This document shows positions 29,217 through 39,160 of a DNA stretch of 64,000 nt, in pieces; position 1 is the first letter of the stretch; each line of letters opens with the position of its first letter. Made by a program: the position numbers and the translations under genes. Origin of the DNA: Longimicrobiales bacterium (lineage in GTDB: Bacteria; Gemmatimonadota; Gemmatimonadetes; Longimicrobiales; Gaopeijiaceae); the NCBI GenBank assembly GCA_965202985.1, contig CBDBCF010000001.1, forward strand, positions 640,001 through 704,000, given 5' to 3'. Below the pieces are notes generated by a model, which was not told where the DNA came from, searched no databases, and worked only from the letters and a program-made list of their open reading frames with translations.

Positions 29217-30086
29217 CTCCAGCGCCTCCTCGGGTTGAATGATCCCCTGCACGATAACCTCCGTCCGCTCCGCCGGCACGCCCGCCGCTCGCATCCGCTC
29301 GTCCGTCCACCTGGCGAACGACCGCCGGAACGAACGATGCCCCTCCCCGGCCCGATGCCTCGCCAACGAGGCGTGCACGCGCGGAAAGGCGTCCCCCAGC
29401 GGCGCCCGCTCCAACGCGCCCAGCCAGCCCAGCAACGAGTCCGCCGGCAACAAGCCCCGCGCCGACGCCGACTGCAAGTCAAGCACGACGCAGCGGTGCG
29501 CGGTGCCGAAGCCGGCTACGGCGCGCGCCACGGCCGGCGGCGGCTCCGGCGTGCGCGTCAAGGCCGCCAAGCTCGTCTCCGCCGGCCAGCGCTTCGGACC
29601 GGTGTGGAGGACGCAGGAAAGGAGCAGGGGCACGGCGTCCCCCGGGTCCAGCATCTTCGGGTTGGCCCGCAACGCCTCGACCATCCCGATCGCGTAGTCC
29701 AACGTGCGAAGCGCCATGTCGGAATCGTGGGACGCCTGGAACTCGACCAGGAAGACGACCGAGGCCTCGCCGCCCTTGAACCAGACGCGGAGCGCGAAGT
29801 CGGCCAGCCTGCGCTTGAGGCCCTCGGAGATCGTCTCGGTGGAGACGAGCGCGGCGGTGCCGAGGTCGAGGTGCTGGTGCCATTCGACGGCCAGGAAGTC
29901 GCGGATCAGCGATTCGATCGCCGCGCCGTGGGCGAAGAGGGCCTTGTAGGTCTGGTCGTGGCGACGGCGCTCGCGCTCTTGGGGCGCGTCGTCCTGGGAG
30001 TCCGGGGCATCGGCCACGCAGTCGGGCTGCTGCGACGAGTCGGGGTCGTGGTCGGGCAGTTGGTGTTCGTTGCGGTGTCGGTCCAT
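28938..30086 (-). CDS. Rpn family recombination-promoting nuclease / putative transposase (PD-(D/E)XK)
   Basis: HDQTYKALF, ADFAL..FLVEFQASHDSDMALRTLDY, VLHTG..W motifs; C-terminal G-x3 repeat helix followed by RKFG. Confidence 0.88.
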   Translation of the reverse strand: MDRHRNEHQLPDHDPDSSQQPDCVADAPDSQDDAPQERERRRHDQTYKALFAHGAAIESLIRDFLAVEWHQHLDLGTAALVSTETISEGLKRRLADFALRVWFKGGEASVVFLVEFQASHDSDMALRTLDYAIGMVEALRANPKMLDPGDAVPLLLSCVLHTGPKRWPAETSLAALTRTPEPPPAVARAVAGFGTAHRCVVLDLQSASARGLLPADSLLGWLGALERAPLGDAFPRVHASLARHRAGEGHRSFRRSFARWTDERMRAAGVPAERTEVIVQGIIQPEEALEMGQTYYEEWVEGHERRGMAKGVKKGVARGRREMVLGQASRKFGMETAKRLEALMGAMGPEQLLEVGHAVLECETGDDLLAEAANGASASRQL

Positions 30087-30330
30087 TGGGGGCGAGCGGC
30101 CTTTCTGGGCGCGGGGGCTCGTGCCGCCTCTCGGGGCGGACACCCAAACGATGGGGCCGAAAACGGGGCGTTTGGATAGCTGGTTGGGACCAACTTTTCG
30201 CCGGACTCCCGGGGACTACCTTTCTCGGCGGCGGGCCTTGACTCCGCGTACCCGGCAGCGTACACCCGCAATCTGCGCCAAGCCTTTGTCGCGCAGGGAA
30301 TCTCGCACGTTTCCGGGGTCGGGCTTCGGT
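30087..30330 (-). repeat. Rpn leader, copy 1 (homologous to 61331-61542)
   Basis: The proximal ~110 bp are near-identical to copy 2 and contain the hairpin CCAAACG..CCGTTTTCGG..CGTTTGG; the distal part is more diverged. Confidence 0.85.
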
Positions 30331-31368
30331 CTAGACGCCGTGGTAGCTCCTGTACCACTCCACGAAACGTCGCAGCCCTTCCCGCACCGGCGTGGAGGGC
30401 CGGTAGCCCACATCGGCGCGGAGCCGCTCCACGTCGGCCAGCGTTTCCCGAACGTCCACCGAGCGACGAGGCACGAGCTTCCGGACCGCTTTCGCGCCCA
30501 GGAGCTCCTCCAAGACGTCTACGAACTCCATGAGGTGGACCGACCGGCCCGCGCCGATGTTGTACAGCCGACAGGGCGCTCGGCTGCTTCCGGGGTCGGG
30601 GGCTCCGCCGTCCCACTCGGGGTTGCCCCGGGGAACGTTCATCAGCACTCGCACCACGCCCTCCGCAATGTCTTCCACATAGGTCCAATCGCGCCAGTGC
30701 TGGCCCCGGTTGTAGAGGGTCACGGGCTCGCCGGCCAGGATCTGTCGCGTGAACAGGTAGGCCGCCATGTCGGGGCGGCCCCACGGACCGTAGACGGTAA
30801 AGAACCGCAGGCCCGTGGTGGGCAGGTCGTACAGGTGCGAATAGGAGTGCGCCATGGCCTCGTTGGCCTTCTTGGTGGCCGCGTACAGCGAGAGCGGGTG
30901 GTCGGTCGAGTGGTCCACCGAGTACGGCAGTCGCTCGCTCGCCCCGTAGACCGAGCTGGTGGAAGCGTAGACCAAGTGCTCGGCGCGCGCGTGCCGGCAG
31001 CCCTCCAGAACGTGGGCGAACGCGACGACGTTGGCGCGCGTGTAGGCGAGCGGTTCCTTGAGCGAGTGGGCGACGCCCGCCTGCGCGGCCAAGTGCACGA
31101 CACGGTCGAAGCGCTGCTTCGCGAAGAGCTCCTCGACCGGCGCCGCTTCGGCCAAGTCCAGGCGAACGAACGAGAACCGGCCGCTCTTGCCGGCGCCCCG
31201 GGCGTTCCGGGCGGCTTCGGCGGCGCGGGCAAGGCGGTCGCGCTTCAGCTGCGGGTCGTAGTAGTCGTTGAGGTTGTCCACGCCCGTCACGTCGTGCCCG
31301 GCGTCCACGAGCCGCAGGGACACGAAGTGGCCGACGAAGCCGGCGGCGCCCGTCACGAGAACTCTCAT
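30331..31368 (-). CDS. NAD-dependent epimerase (UDP-glucuronate 4-epimerase-like)
   Basis: TGAAGFVG, DNLNDYYD, HLAAQAGV, YAATKKANE and RFFTVYGPWGRPDMA motifs. Confidence 0.92.
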   Translation of the reverse strand: MRVLVTGAAGFVGHFVSLRLVDAGHDVTGVDNLNDYYDPQLKRDRLARAAEAARNARGAGKSGRFSFVRLDLAEAAPVEELFAKQRFDRVVHLAAQAGVAHSLKEPLAYTRANVVAFAHVLEGCRHARAEHLVYASTSSVYGASERLPYSVDHSTDHPLSLYAATKKANEAMAHSYSHLYDLPTTGLRFFTVYGPWGRPDMAAYLFTRQILAGEPVTLYNRGQHWRDWTYVEDIAEGVVRVLMNVPRGNPEWDGGAPDPGSSRAPCRLYNIGAGRSVHLMEFVDVLEELLGAKAVRKLVPRRSVDVRETLADVERLRADVGYRPSTPVREGLRRFVEWYRSYHGV

Positions 31369-31454
31369 GGCCGTGTCCCTGCGCGACGGCAACGCCCTAT
31401 CTTGCGGAATCGATCCGGCGCCGCCGCCGACCCGCTCACCGTTCCGCCGCACTC

Positions 31455-32399
31455 ATGACGCCACCGCCCAACCCGCCCAGCCGACCACACCAAGTCGACC
31501 CGTCCCGCCGATCGCCCGCGCCGCTGCCCGGACCGTCTGTCTCCGTCGGCTGGCTGGCCGATCGCCTGGGGTCGCCCGGCCTCGTCGTGCTCGACGGCTC
31601 CTGGTACCTGCCCGGCGCCGGCCGCTCGCCGGCACGCGAATTCGAGGAGGTCCGCATCCCCGGCGCCTGCTTCTTCGACCTGGACGGCGCCAGCGACCCC
31701 GCCTCGCCGCTGCCGCACACGTTGCCGCCGCCCGAGCACTTCAAGGCGCGCGCGGAGGCAGCCGGCGTGTCGGACGGGTCGGTGGTCGTGGTGTACGACG
31801 CGTCGGGGGTGAACCTGAGCGCGCCGCGCACTTGGTGGACGTTCCGCTACTTCGGGTTCCACGCGGTCGCGGTGCTGGACGGCGGACTGGGCCGATGGAG
31901 GGCGCGCGGCTTCCCGACGGAGTCCGGACCGCCGACGCCCGTCGGCCGGGACGCGCCGGTCCGCTTCACGCCCGTCGCCAACCCCGGCATGGCCCGCACT
32001 GCCGCAGGCGTCCTGAAGTCGATCGGTTCGTCGGCCGTCCAGATCGTGGACATGCGTCCCGCCGGGCGCTTCGCAGGGGTCGAGCCCGAGCCCAGAGCCG
32101 GCCTGAGGGGCGGCCACGTGCCGGGTAGCCGCAACCTTCCCTACACCGAGTTGGTGGATCGAAGCACGGGATTGGCGATCGGCAAGGATGAACTGGGACG
32201 CGCACTCGCCGGCGCCGGCGTGGACCCAGGCAAGGAGCTGGTGGCCACGTGCGGCTCCGGCACCAGCGCCTGCGCCTTCGCGTGGTGCATGGCTCGGGCC
32301 GGCTACGGCGAGGTCGCGATCTATGACGGTTCGTGGTCGGAGTGGGGCGGCCGGAACGATCTGCCGATGGAGACGGGGCCGCCGGGCATCGCGGACTAA
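31455..32399 (+). CDS. sseA: 3-mercaptopyruvate sulfurtransferase (tandem rhodanese)
   Basis: IPGACFFD, VLDGG, GHVPGS, CGSGTSA active-site loop and YDGSWSEW motifs. Confidence 0.88.
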   Translation: MTPPPNPPSRPHQVDPSRRSPAPLPGPSVSVGWLADRLGSPGLVVLDGSWYLPGAGRSPAREFEEVRIPGACFFDLDGASDPASPLPHTLPPPEHFKARAEAAGVSDGSVVVVYDASGVNLSAPRTWWTFRYFGFHAVAVLDGGLGRWRARGFPTESGPPTPVGRDAPVRFTPVANPGMARTAAGVLKSIGSSAVQIVDMRPAGRFAGVEPEPRAGLRGGHVPGSRNLPYTELVDRSTGLAIGKDELGRALAGAGVDPGKELVATCGSGTSACAFAWCMARAGYGEVAIYDGSWSEWGGRNDLPMETGPPGIAD

Positions 32400-32761
32400 C
32401 GCCGCCTTCGTTCGGCCGTTACGGTGCCGCGACGCGGTCCCAGGACCCAGTTGCCCGACAGGAAGCCGTCGTCCACGGCCAAGCGCAGCACGAGCGTTCC
32501 TTGGCCCGTATCGGCATCCACCGTCATCTGGCCGGGACCGGTCTCCACGGCCACGATCTCCGCAGACAGCCCACCCGCTTCCAATCGGCCCCGATACGTC
32601 CCCGGTGCTCCGCGGATCTCCAGGACGCCCTCGGCCACCATCACCTCCGAAGCCAACGTCACGACGTAGGCGCCAGCAGGGTCGAGCGCCGCGACGGACG
32701 ACGGCGCCCCGGCCGGTCCGGGGCCTCCGGCGCAGGCGCAGGCCAGCGCCGCCGGGATCAG
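32396..32761 (-). CDS. Hypothetical small beta-rich (lipo)protein
   Basis: Coding-like frame DPAGAYVV..YRGRL..LSGNW; no ATG nearby, candidate CTG overlaps the upstream TGA. Confidence 0.5.
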   Translation of the reverse strand: MIPAALACACAGGPGPAGAPSSVAALDPAGAYVVTLASEVMVAEGVLEIRGAPGTYRGRLEAGGLSAEIVAVETGPGQMTVDADTGQGTLVLRLAVDDGFLSGNWVLGPRRGTVTAERRRR

Positions 32762-33036
32762 CCTGCCAGGGACGTGGCCGTCACCCAGTCGGCGACGGTG
32801 CCCGCGACGGCGCGTATTCCGGTCATGACCCCGTCGCCCACGGCGACCAGGATGTTCCCGACCGTCGTTTCGTCCAGCCACCCGAACCAGACCGCCACGG
32901 CCACGATCAACCCAGCCGGCAGCAGGAGCTTGACGACCACCCGCGCGACCTCGCGGAACACCGCCCAGACCACGCCGGCCACCAAGGCCAGAATGACGAC
33001 CTCGCCCACCAGAGCGGGCGTTGCCAGTTCGGTCAC
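32758..33036 (-). CDS. Small hypothetical membrane protein
   Basis: GGAGG RBS, GTG start and 2-3 hydrophobic segments. Confidence 0.7.
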   Translation of the reverse strand: MTELATPALVGEVVILALVAGVVWAVFREVARVVVKLLLPAGLIVAVAVWFGWLDETTVGNILVAVGDGVMTGIRAVAGTVADWVTATSLAG

Positions 33037-33223
33037 GGTGTTCCTCCCATTCCGAAGACATCCGCACCCATGCTCGTTGTCGCACCGCCCTACGAGATGG
33101 CACGGCGGAAGTCTTCACTTCCCTACCGCCGGGGCGCCGGCGCGTTCGCGGAGGCGCCGCACGGGCGGGAGGCGCTTGGGGAGAGGCGTCGGGGACTTCC
33201 CCGGCGTGGATGCCTCGCCTAGC

Positions 33224-33511
33224 CTAGCCGACTCGGTCCTTGAAGCCCTTCGCCGCCTTGAAGGCCGGGTAGTTGCGCGCCGGAACCTGGATCTGCTCCC
33301 CCGTGCGGGGGTTGCGGCCCGTGCGCGCCGCCCGCTGACGCACCTCGAAGGTTCCGAAGCCTCCGAGGTTGAGCTTGCCGCCGGCGTCCAGCTCGTCGGC
33401 GATGATCCCGGTGGCCGGGTTGAAGATGCTGTCCACCAGCTGGGCGGCCAGCGGCTGGGTCAGCCAGTCGTTCCTGCTCGCGAGTTCCCTGGCCATTTCG
33501 GTCTTGTTCAC
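33224..33511 (-). CDS. hup: HU family DNA-binding protein
   Basis: [23 protein letters not shown] and PAFKAAK motifs; AAGGAG RBS. Confidence 0.95.
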   Translation of the reverse strand: MNKTEMARELASRNDWLTQPLAAQLVDSIFNPATGIIADELDAGGKLNLGGFGTFEVRQRAARTGRNPRTGEQIQVPARNYPAFKAAKGFKDRVG

Positions 33512-33656
33512 TCAACTGCTCCTTCGAGGGGTGGGTTGCTGGAATGCCCGGCTCCATCGGACCGGGGCTGTCGAATGCGAGGCGAGCACCGTCGCATCAA
33601 GGTACAATGAACGCGCGCTGAACGCAAAGGCAATCTCTTCGGAGGGGAAGACGGGC

Positions 33657-34703
33657 ATGACGGGAGCGATCTACAGGCAGTACCGGGGAGAGATCGTGCT
33701 GGAGTCGCTGCCGGACCCCGAGCCCCCGCCCGGCGGCGTGGTCCTTCGCGTGGAGGCCTGCGGCGTGTGCCGGAGCGATTGGCACGGATGGGTGGGGCAC
33801 GACCCCGACATCGTCCTTCCCCACGTGCCGGGACACGAGATCGCCGGGGTGGTCGAGGAGGTCGGCGCCGACGTGCGAAGGTGGCGGAGCAGCGACCGGG
33901 TGGTGGTGCCCTTCATTGCCGGATGCGGGCGCTGCCGCCCTTGCCGCGCCGGACAGCAGCAAGTGTGCGACCGCCAGTTCCAGCCCGGCTTTCACGGATG
34001 GGGCGGCTTCGCAGAACGGGTCGCGCTGCGCGAGGCCGACCTTACGCTGGCGGCGCTGCCCCCGGAGATGGAGTTCGCGACCGCGGCGGGACTGGGCTGC
34101 CGGTTCGCCACCGCATTCCGCGCCGTGGAGGCGCAGGGCCGCGTGCGTCCGGGGGACTGGGTCGCGGTGCACGGATGCGGGGGCGTGGGCCTGTCGGCGG
34201 TCATGATCGCCCGGGCCATCGGCGCCCGCGTGGTGGCGGTGGACATCCGCCCGGAGCCGCTGGAGCTGGCGCGACGGCTGGGCGCCGCGGCCACGGTGGA
34301 CGCCTCCGCCTCGGCGGACCCGGCTGAAGAGGTGCGCGTGCGGACCGAAGGCGGCGCCCACGTGTCCCTGGACGCCCTGGGCCACCCGGACACGTGCTTC
34401 AACTCGGTGGCCTGCCTTCGCAAGCGCGGACGCCACGTCCAGGTCGGCCTCGCGACCGGCGACGACCGCCACCCCCGCGTCCCCATGGACCGCGTGATCG
34501 CCTGGGAGCTGGAGATGCTGGGCAGCCACGGCCTTCAGGCCCACGAGTACGACCGGATGCTGCGGATGATCGCGGCGGGGTTTATCGACCCGGGCCGGCT
34601 GGTGACGCGCACCGTCTCGCTGGCGGAAGGCGCGGCGATCCTTGCGGGGATGGACGCCTACGATGTCGTGGGCGCAGTCGTGATCGTGCCCAGCACCTCC
34701 TGA
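33657..34703 (+). CDS. Zinc-dependent alcohol dehydrogenase
   Basis: CRSD, GHE, CGRCRPC..C and HGCGGVG motifs. Confidence 0.92.
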   Translation: MTGAIYRQYRGEIVLESLPDPEPPPGGVVLRVEACGVCRSDWHGWVGHDPDIVLPHVPGHEIAGVVEEVGADVRRWRSSDRVVVPFIAGCGRCRPCRAGQQQVCDRQFQPGFHGWGGFAERVALREADLTLAALPPEMEFATAAGLGCRFATAFRAVEAQGRVRPGDWVAVHGCGGVGLSAVMIARAIGARVVAVDIRPEPLELARRLGAAATVDASASADPAEEVRVRTEGGAHVSLDALGHPDTCFNSVACLRKRGRHVQVGLATGDDRHPRVPMDRVIAWELEMLGSHGLQAHEYDRMLRMIAAGFIDPGRLVTRTVSLAEGAAILAGMDAYDVVGAVVIVPSTS

Positions 34704-35845
34704 ACCGCCCGCCCCACCTGCTCCATCTCCGCGCGCGTGTTGTAGAGGTGGGGCGACAACCGCACGCCGCCTCGGCGAAGCGACGCGATCACTCCCCGGT
34801 CGGCCAGCCCTTCCAGCAACTGCTCGGGCTCGGCCCGTGGATGGCGGAACACCAGTATGTGGCGCCGGTGCTCGGGGGCCGGCTCCGTCGTGCAGCCCAG
34901 GGACTCCAGGCGCCGCGCCAAGTGGTCCACCAACTCCGTCGCGTGCGCCGCGACCGCTTCGATCCCCGCCTCCTCCAGCAGCGCCAGCGCCGCCGAGAAG
35001 CCCGCGATCAGCGGGTACGACAGGCTCCCTTCCTCGTAGCGGCCCGCCGTGTCCTGGAGCTCGAAGTGGATTCGGTCGAAGTCGAACGCCTCCGTGGTGC
35101 TCCGCCAGCCCAGAAGGGGCGGATGGACCTGCTCCACGAGCGAACGGTCCACGAAGACGGCGCCGATGCCCATCATGCCCAGCATCCACTTGTGGCTGTC
35201 GGCGGACAGGAAGTGGACGCCGGACTTCTTCACGTCGATCGGCAGCACCCCGACGGTCTGGATGCCGTCCACGCAAAGCAGGACGCCCCGCTCTCGGCAC
35301 AAGGCCCCCAGGCCGTCCAGGTCGGCGACCGCGCCGGTGGCGTACTGGGCCGAGCTCGTTGCAAGCACCCGCGTGGCCGGTCGCAGTGCGCGGGCTGCGG
35401 CCTCCACGGTCACGGCGCCCCGGTCCGCCTCCACCGCGTCCAAGGCGACGATCCCTCGTCGCGCCAGGTCCATCCACGGATAGACGTTGGACGGGTACTC
35501 CAGGGGAGCGGCCACGGCCACCCGGTCTCCGGGCCGCCAGTTCAGCCCGGACGCCAGCAGCGACAGCCCGTGAGAAGTGTTGCGGACGAAGGCGATCTCT
35601 TCGGGTTCGGCACCCACCAGCCGGGCGAACTGCTCGCGGCACTTGCGGGCCAAGTCTTCCCAGGCGTCGAAGCTGGGGCGCCCCAGGTGAGCCAGCGAGT
35701 CCATGAACTCGTGGACGGCCTCGACCACTCTGGTGGAGGTGGGCGCCACGCCGGCGTGGTTGAGAAACACGACGCGGTCCGCGACCGGGAACTCGTCTCG
35801 GAAGGACCGGAGGGCGCCGTTCCCGGCAAGCTTCGAGCAGGTCAT
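34658..35845 (-). CDS. Class V PLP aminotransferase / cysteine desulfurase-like protein
   Basis: FLNHAG, NTSHG, EYPSN, VDGIQ, SHKW and RLSPHLYN motifs. Confidence 0.88.
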   Translation of the reverse strand: MTCSKLAGNGALRSFRDEFPVADRVVFLNHAGVAPTSTRVVEAVHEFMDSLAHLGRPSFDAWEDLARKCREQFARLVGAEPEEIAFVRNTSHGLSLLASGLNWRPGDRVAVAAPLEYPSNVYPWMDLARRGIVALDAVEADRGAVTVEAAARALRPATRVLATSSAQYATGAVADLDGLGALCRERGVLLCVDGIQTVGVLPIDVKKSGVHFLSADSHKWMLGMMGIGAVFVDRSLVEQVHPPLLGWRSTTEAFDFDRIHFELQDTAGRYEEGSLSYPLIAGFSAALALLEEAGIEAVAAHATELVDHLARRLESLGCTTEPAPEHRRHILVFRHPRAEPEQLLEGLADRGVIASLRRGGVRLSPHLYNTRAEMEQVGRAVQEVLGTITTAPTTS

Positions 35846-36666
35846 CGCGGGGCTCGGCCTTGTTCGATTCCGAAGGGGGTGCGAACCGCTCCCCGGCGGC
35901 GGGTTCGGCGTCGGAGGTGGCGGTTGCGAGCCTCGGCGGCCGGGTCCGCGTAGCCTCGGGCGTGCTCCAAGTGAAGGCAGACGGCGCGGTAGCGAACGCA
36001 CTTCCCGCGGACGCCGGCGTTCTCCAGGCGTTCGCCGAACTCCCGGTCCTCGCCTCCGTAGCCCATGCGCTCGTCGAAGCCGTTGGCCGCGCGGGCGTCG
36101 GCGGCCCAACACGAGGCGTTGCCGCCGTTCCAGGTGGGCTTGGTGGTGGTAAGGAGATCGGCAGCGGTGCGGGTCCAGGCCGGCGTCGAGAGCTTGGCGA
36201 GGCCCCGCAGTCGGCAGCCGCCCGCGTCGCGCACCCACCGCCGGGTGAACGCTTCGCCGGTCTCGACGGCGGATCGGCTCACCGCCTTGCTGGCGGCGAT
36301 CGACAGCCGCGCGGCGCCGCCGGAGAGAAAGCGCCCCCTTCGCGCCAAGGCCGCGTGAACCGCCAGAAAGTCGGCTCGGGGCACGCAGTCTCCGTCGGTG
36401 AAGACCAGGTACGGGGCTCGGGCGCCGGCAACGGCCCTATTGAGAATGCGCGGCTTGCGAAAGCCCCTGTCCTCCTGCCAAACATGGCGTACGGCAACCC
36501 CGAGCCGCCGCCGACTTCGCTCGATCAGGCGAGTCGTCTCCGGACCCGACCCGTCGTCGGCCACGACGATCTCGAAGTCCCGATGGCTCTGGGCGCCGTA
36601 GCCCCACAGGACCTTCTCCAGCCATTCCGGCGACTGGTAGGTGCTGACGATCACGGAGAGGCGCAC
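35842..36666 (-). CDS. Glycosyltransferase family 2
   Basis: SVIVSTY, ADDGS, WQEDRGFRK, FTDGDC, NGFDE and GGED motifs. Confidence 0.9.
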   Translation of the reverse strand: MRLSVIVSTYQSPEWLEKVLWGYGAQSHRDFEIVVADDGSGPETTRLIERSRRRLGVAVRHVWQEDRGFRKPRILNRAVAGARAPYLVFTDGDCVPRADFLAVHAALARRGRFLSGGAARLSIAASKAVSRSAVETGEAFTRRWVRDAGGCRLRGLAKLSTPAWTRTAADLLTTTKPTWNGGNASCWAADARAANGFDERMGYGGEDREFGERLENAGVRGKCVRYRAVCLHLEHARGYADPAAEARNRHLRRRTRRRGAVRTPFGIEQGRAPR

Positions 36667-37742
36667 GACCGGCTCTCCGCCAGCGCCAGCGGCTGTTCCA
36701 TGGCCGCCAGCACTTGGTCGGCGGTCAGGTCGGCCATGCAGTCGATGCGGCCAGCGCAGACCAGCTTGCCCTTGCAGGGCGAACACGGACGCCCGGAATG
36801 AAGGATGGCGGCGTCGGGGCTGGGCGGGTCCAGGTACGGCGTGTTCGACCCGAAGAGTAGCACGGCCGGCGTGCCGTGGGCGTGCGCCATGTGCGACAAG
36901 CCAGTGTCCACGCCCACCAGCGCGCGCGCCAGCGAGACCAGCGCCGACGCTTCGCCCAGCGTGGTCCGCCCCACCAAGTCCGCGACCGGTGCGGTCCCAG
37001 GTTCGCCGTCGACGTCCGCCAGGATTCGATCGGCGGCCGCGCGGTCCGCGGGTCCCCCCAAGAGGGCCACGCCAAGGCCGGTCCGTCGGGGCAGCCGCCC
37101 CAGCACGTCCGACCAGCGGCCCTCGAACCAGTGCTTGAAGGACCGGGTCGTGAAGGGACACGCGGCGACGAACCCGCCTTCGAGTCCCGCTTCGCGGACG
37201 ATCCGCTTCGCCCCGGCCAGATCGTCGGCCCCGCAGGGGATCTCCATGGCGAACGAAGTCGTGTCGAGTCCCAGGACAGACGCCAGGTGCGCGTACTCCC
37301 ACGAGATCTTTCGCGGGTCGCCGCCGCGCTTCACCACCTTCGTCATCAGGAGACGCGACCCCTCGCGGCCACCGAGGCCGATCCGGACGGGGGCCCCCGA
37401 CAGGAAGGTCACCGCGCCGCTGCGCAGCAGGCCTTGAGCGTCCACCACAGCGTCAAAGCGGCGGGAGCGCAGCGCCTCGGCGAACGCCGTCGCGGCACGG
37501 GCCAGTTCGTTCCAGCGCCCGCGCCGCAGCAACTCCTTCCAGGCGGCGCGCTCCCAGACGATCACCTCATCCAGGTGCGGGTTGTGGCGGATCAGCTCCG
37601 CCGTCCGTTCTTCGGCCGCCCAGGCGATGTGGGCCCGGGGATGGCGGCGGCGCAACGCCCCGGCCAGCGGAGACGCCAACGCGACATCGCCTCGGGCCGA
37701 GAGCCGAACGATCAGGATCGCGCGGACGTGTCTGGGGATCAT
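36651..37742 (-). CDS. Glycosyltransferase family 9 (LPS heptosyltransferase)
   Basis: LIVRLSARGDV, DAQGLLRS, KHW and GVDTGLSHMA motifs. Confidence 0.88.
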   Translation of the reverse strand: MIPRHVRAILIVRLSARGDVALASPLAGALRRRHPRAHIAWAAEERTAELIRHNPHLDEVIVWERAAWKELLRRGRWNELARAATAFAEALRSRRFDAVVDAQGLLRSGAVTFLSGAPVRIGLGGREGSRLLMTKVVKRGGDPRKISWEYAHLASVLGLDTTSFAMEIPCGADDLAGAKRIVREAGLEGGFVAACPFTTRSFKHWFEGRWSDVLGRLPRRTGLGVALLGGPADRAAADRILADVDGEPGTAPVADLVGRTTLGEASALVSLARALVGVDTGLSHMAHAHGTPAVLLFGSNTPYLDPPSPDAAILHSGRPCSPCKGKLVCAGRIDCMADLTADQVLAAMEQPLALAESRSCASP

Positions 37743-37819
37743 TCATGGAAGGTTATGATTGGCCGCGGGCCGTACAACCCTTGCCGCCGCTGCCCTCCAA
37801 CAACGAGACGCCTTCTCCG

Positions 37820-39160
37820 ATGACCGGACTCTTGCGCGACGTGGCCGTGGGGCTGGGGCTGGCGGTCCACTGCTGCCGGAAGCGATCGACGACGGGGAGG
37901 TGGCCGACGGGGGTCGGCGCGCGCAACGGCAGGGTCGGCCCCGTGGAGCGGCGAACGCCGGGACCTCGGGTCCTGGTCCACGGGGTGAGCGTGGGCGAGA
38001 CGCATGCGCTCGAGCCGCTGACGGAGGCGCTGGCCGCGTCGCCGTTGGAGCCGGACTTGGTGGCGAGCGCCAGCACCGAGACGGGGTTCGCGCGGGCCGT
38101 GGAGGTTCACGGGGCTACCCGGGCCGTCGTGCGGTTTCCGCTGGACTTCACGTGGACAGTGCGACGGTTTCTGGACGCCGTGCGCCCCCGCGTGGTCGTC
38201 TTGGCCGAACTCGAGCTTTGGCCGTCGTTCTTGGGCGCGTGCGCACGACGGGGAATATCGGTGTGCGTGGTGAACGGCAGGCTCTCCGACCGAAGCCTGC
38301 GGGGCTACCGGGCAGGCCGCGCGGTTGCGGGACGGATGTTTCGCGGGCTGGCCCTGGTGGCAACGCAGACCGAGGCGGACCGGGACCGCTTCGTGTCGAT
38401 GGGGGTTCCGCCCGCTCGGTGCGTGACGACGGGCAACTTGAAGTGGGACGCGGCCCGCAGCCGCCCGAGCGTTCGGTCGGCGGAAGCGCTGGCCTCGGCG
38501 CTGGGCGTCGACCGGACTCGGCCCCTGGTGGTGGCGGGCTCCACGGGACCCGGAGAGGAGGCGCAGCTGCTCCGCGGCCTGCCGGCGGGGTGCCAGCTGC
38601 TCTTGGCGCCCCGGAACCCCGACCGTTGGGACGAGGTGGCGGCGCTGGTCCCGGGGATGCGGCGGCGGAGCCGCGTTTCGGGACAAGAGCGGGCAGATGG
38701 GGCCGACCGGCCGGCGCGAACGGGCCTTTCGGCGGCGGGAGCGCACCCCTCGGCGTCGGACATGTTCCTGCTGGACACGCTGGGCGAGCTGCCGGCCGCC
38801 TATTCTCTGGCCAGCGCCGTCTTCGTGGGCCGAAGCTTGGCGGCGCTGGGCGGCTCGAACCCGATCGAGCCCGTGGCGCTGGGCAAGCCGACGGTGACGG
38901 GTCCTCGTTGCGAGAACTTCCGGGGCGTGGTGGACGACCTCTTGGAGGAAGGAGGGATCGTCGTCAGCGAAGATCCCATGGCCCTGATCGAGCGATGGAC
39001 GGCGGATCCGAAGGCCGCCGAGGCCGTGGCCGCCGGGGGTCTGCGGGCGCTGGACCGGCATTCGGGCAGCGCTAGGCGGACGGCCGAGCTGGTGCTGCGG
39101 CTGGTCGAGCGGCAGTCGGGCGCGACTGGGTCTGGAAGAGGCGCCTCCGTCGCCCGCTAG
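37820..39160 (+). CDS. waaA: 3-deoxy-D-manno-octulosonic acid (Kdo) transferase
   Basis: HGVSVGE, FPLD, ELELWP, NGRLS, GNLKWD, GST..GEE, DTLGEL and GGSNPIEP motifs. Alternative ATG at 37745. Confidence 0.9.
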   Translation: MTGLLRDVAVGLGLAVHCCRKRSTTGRWPTGVGARNGRVGPVERRTPGPRVLVHGVSVGETHALEPLTEALAASPLEPDLVASASTETGFARAVEVHGATRAVVRFPLDFTWTVRRFLDAVRPRVVVLAELELWPSFLGACARRGISVCVVNGRLSDRSLRGYRAGRAVAGRMFRGLALVATQTEADRDRFVSMGVPPARCVTTGNLKWDAARSRPSVRSAEALASALGVDRTRPLVVAGSTGPGEEAQLLRGLPAGCQLLLAPRNPDRWDEVAALVPGMRRRSRVSGQERADGADRPARTGLSAAGAHPSASDMFLLDTLGELPAAYSLASAVFVGRSLAALGGSNPIEPVALGKPTVTGPRCENFRGVVDDLLEEGGIVVSEDPMALIERWTADPKAAEAVAAGGLRALDRHSGSARRTAELVLRLVERQSGATGSGRGASVAR

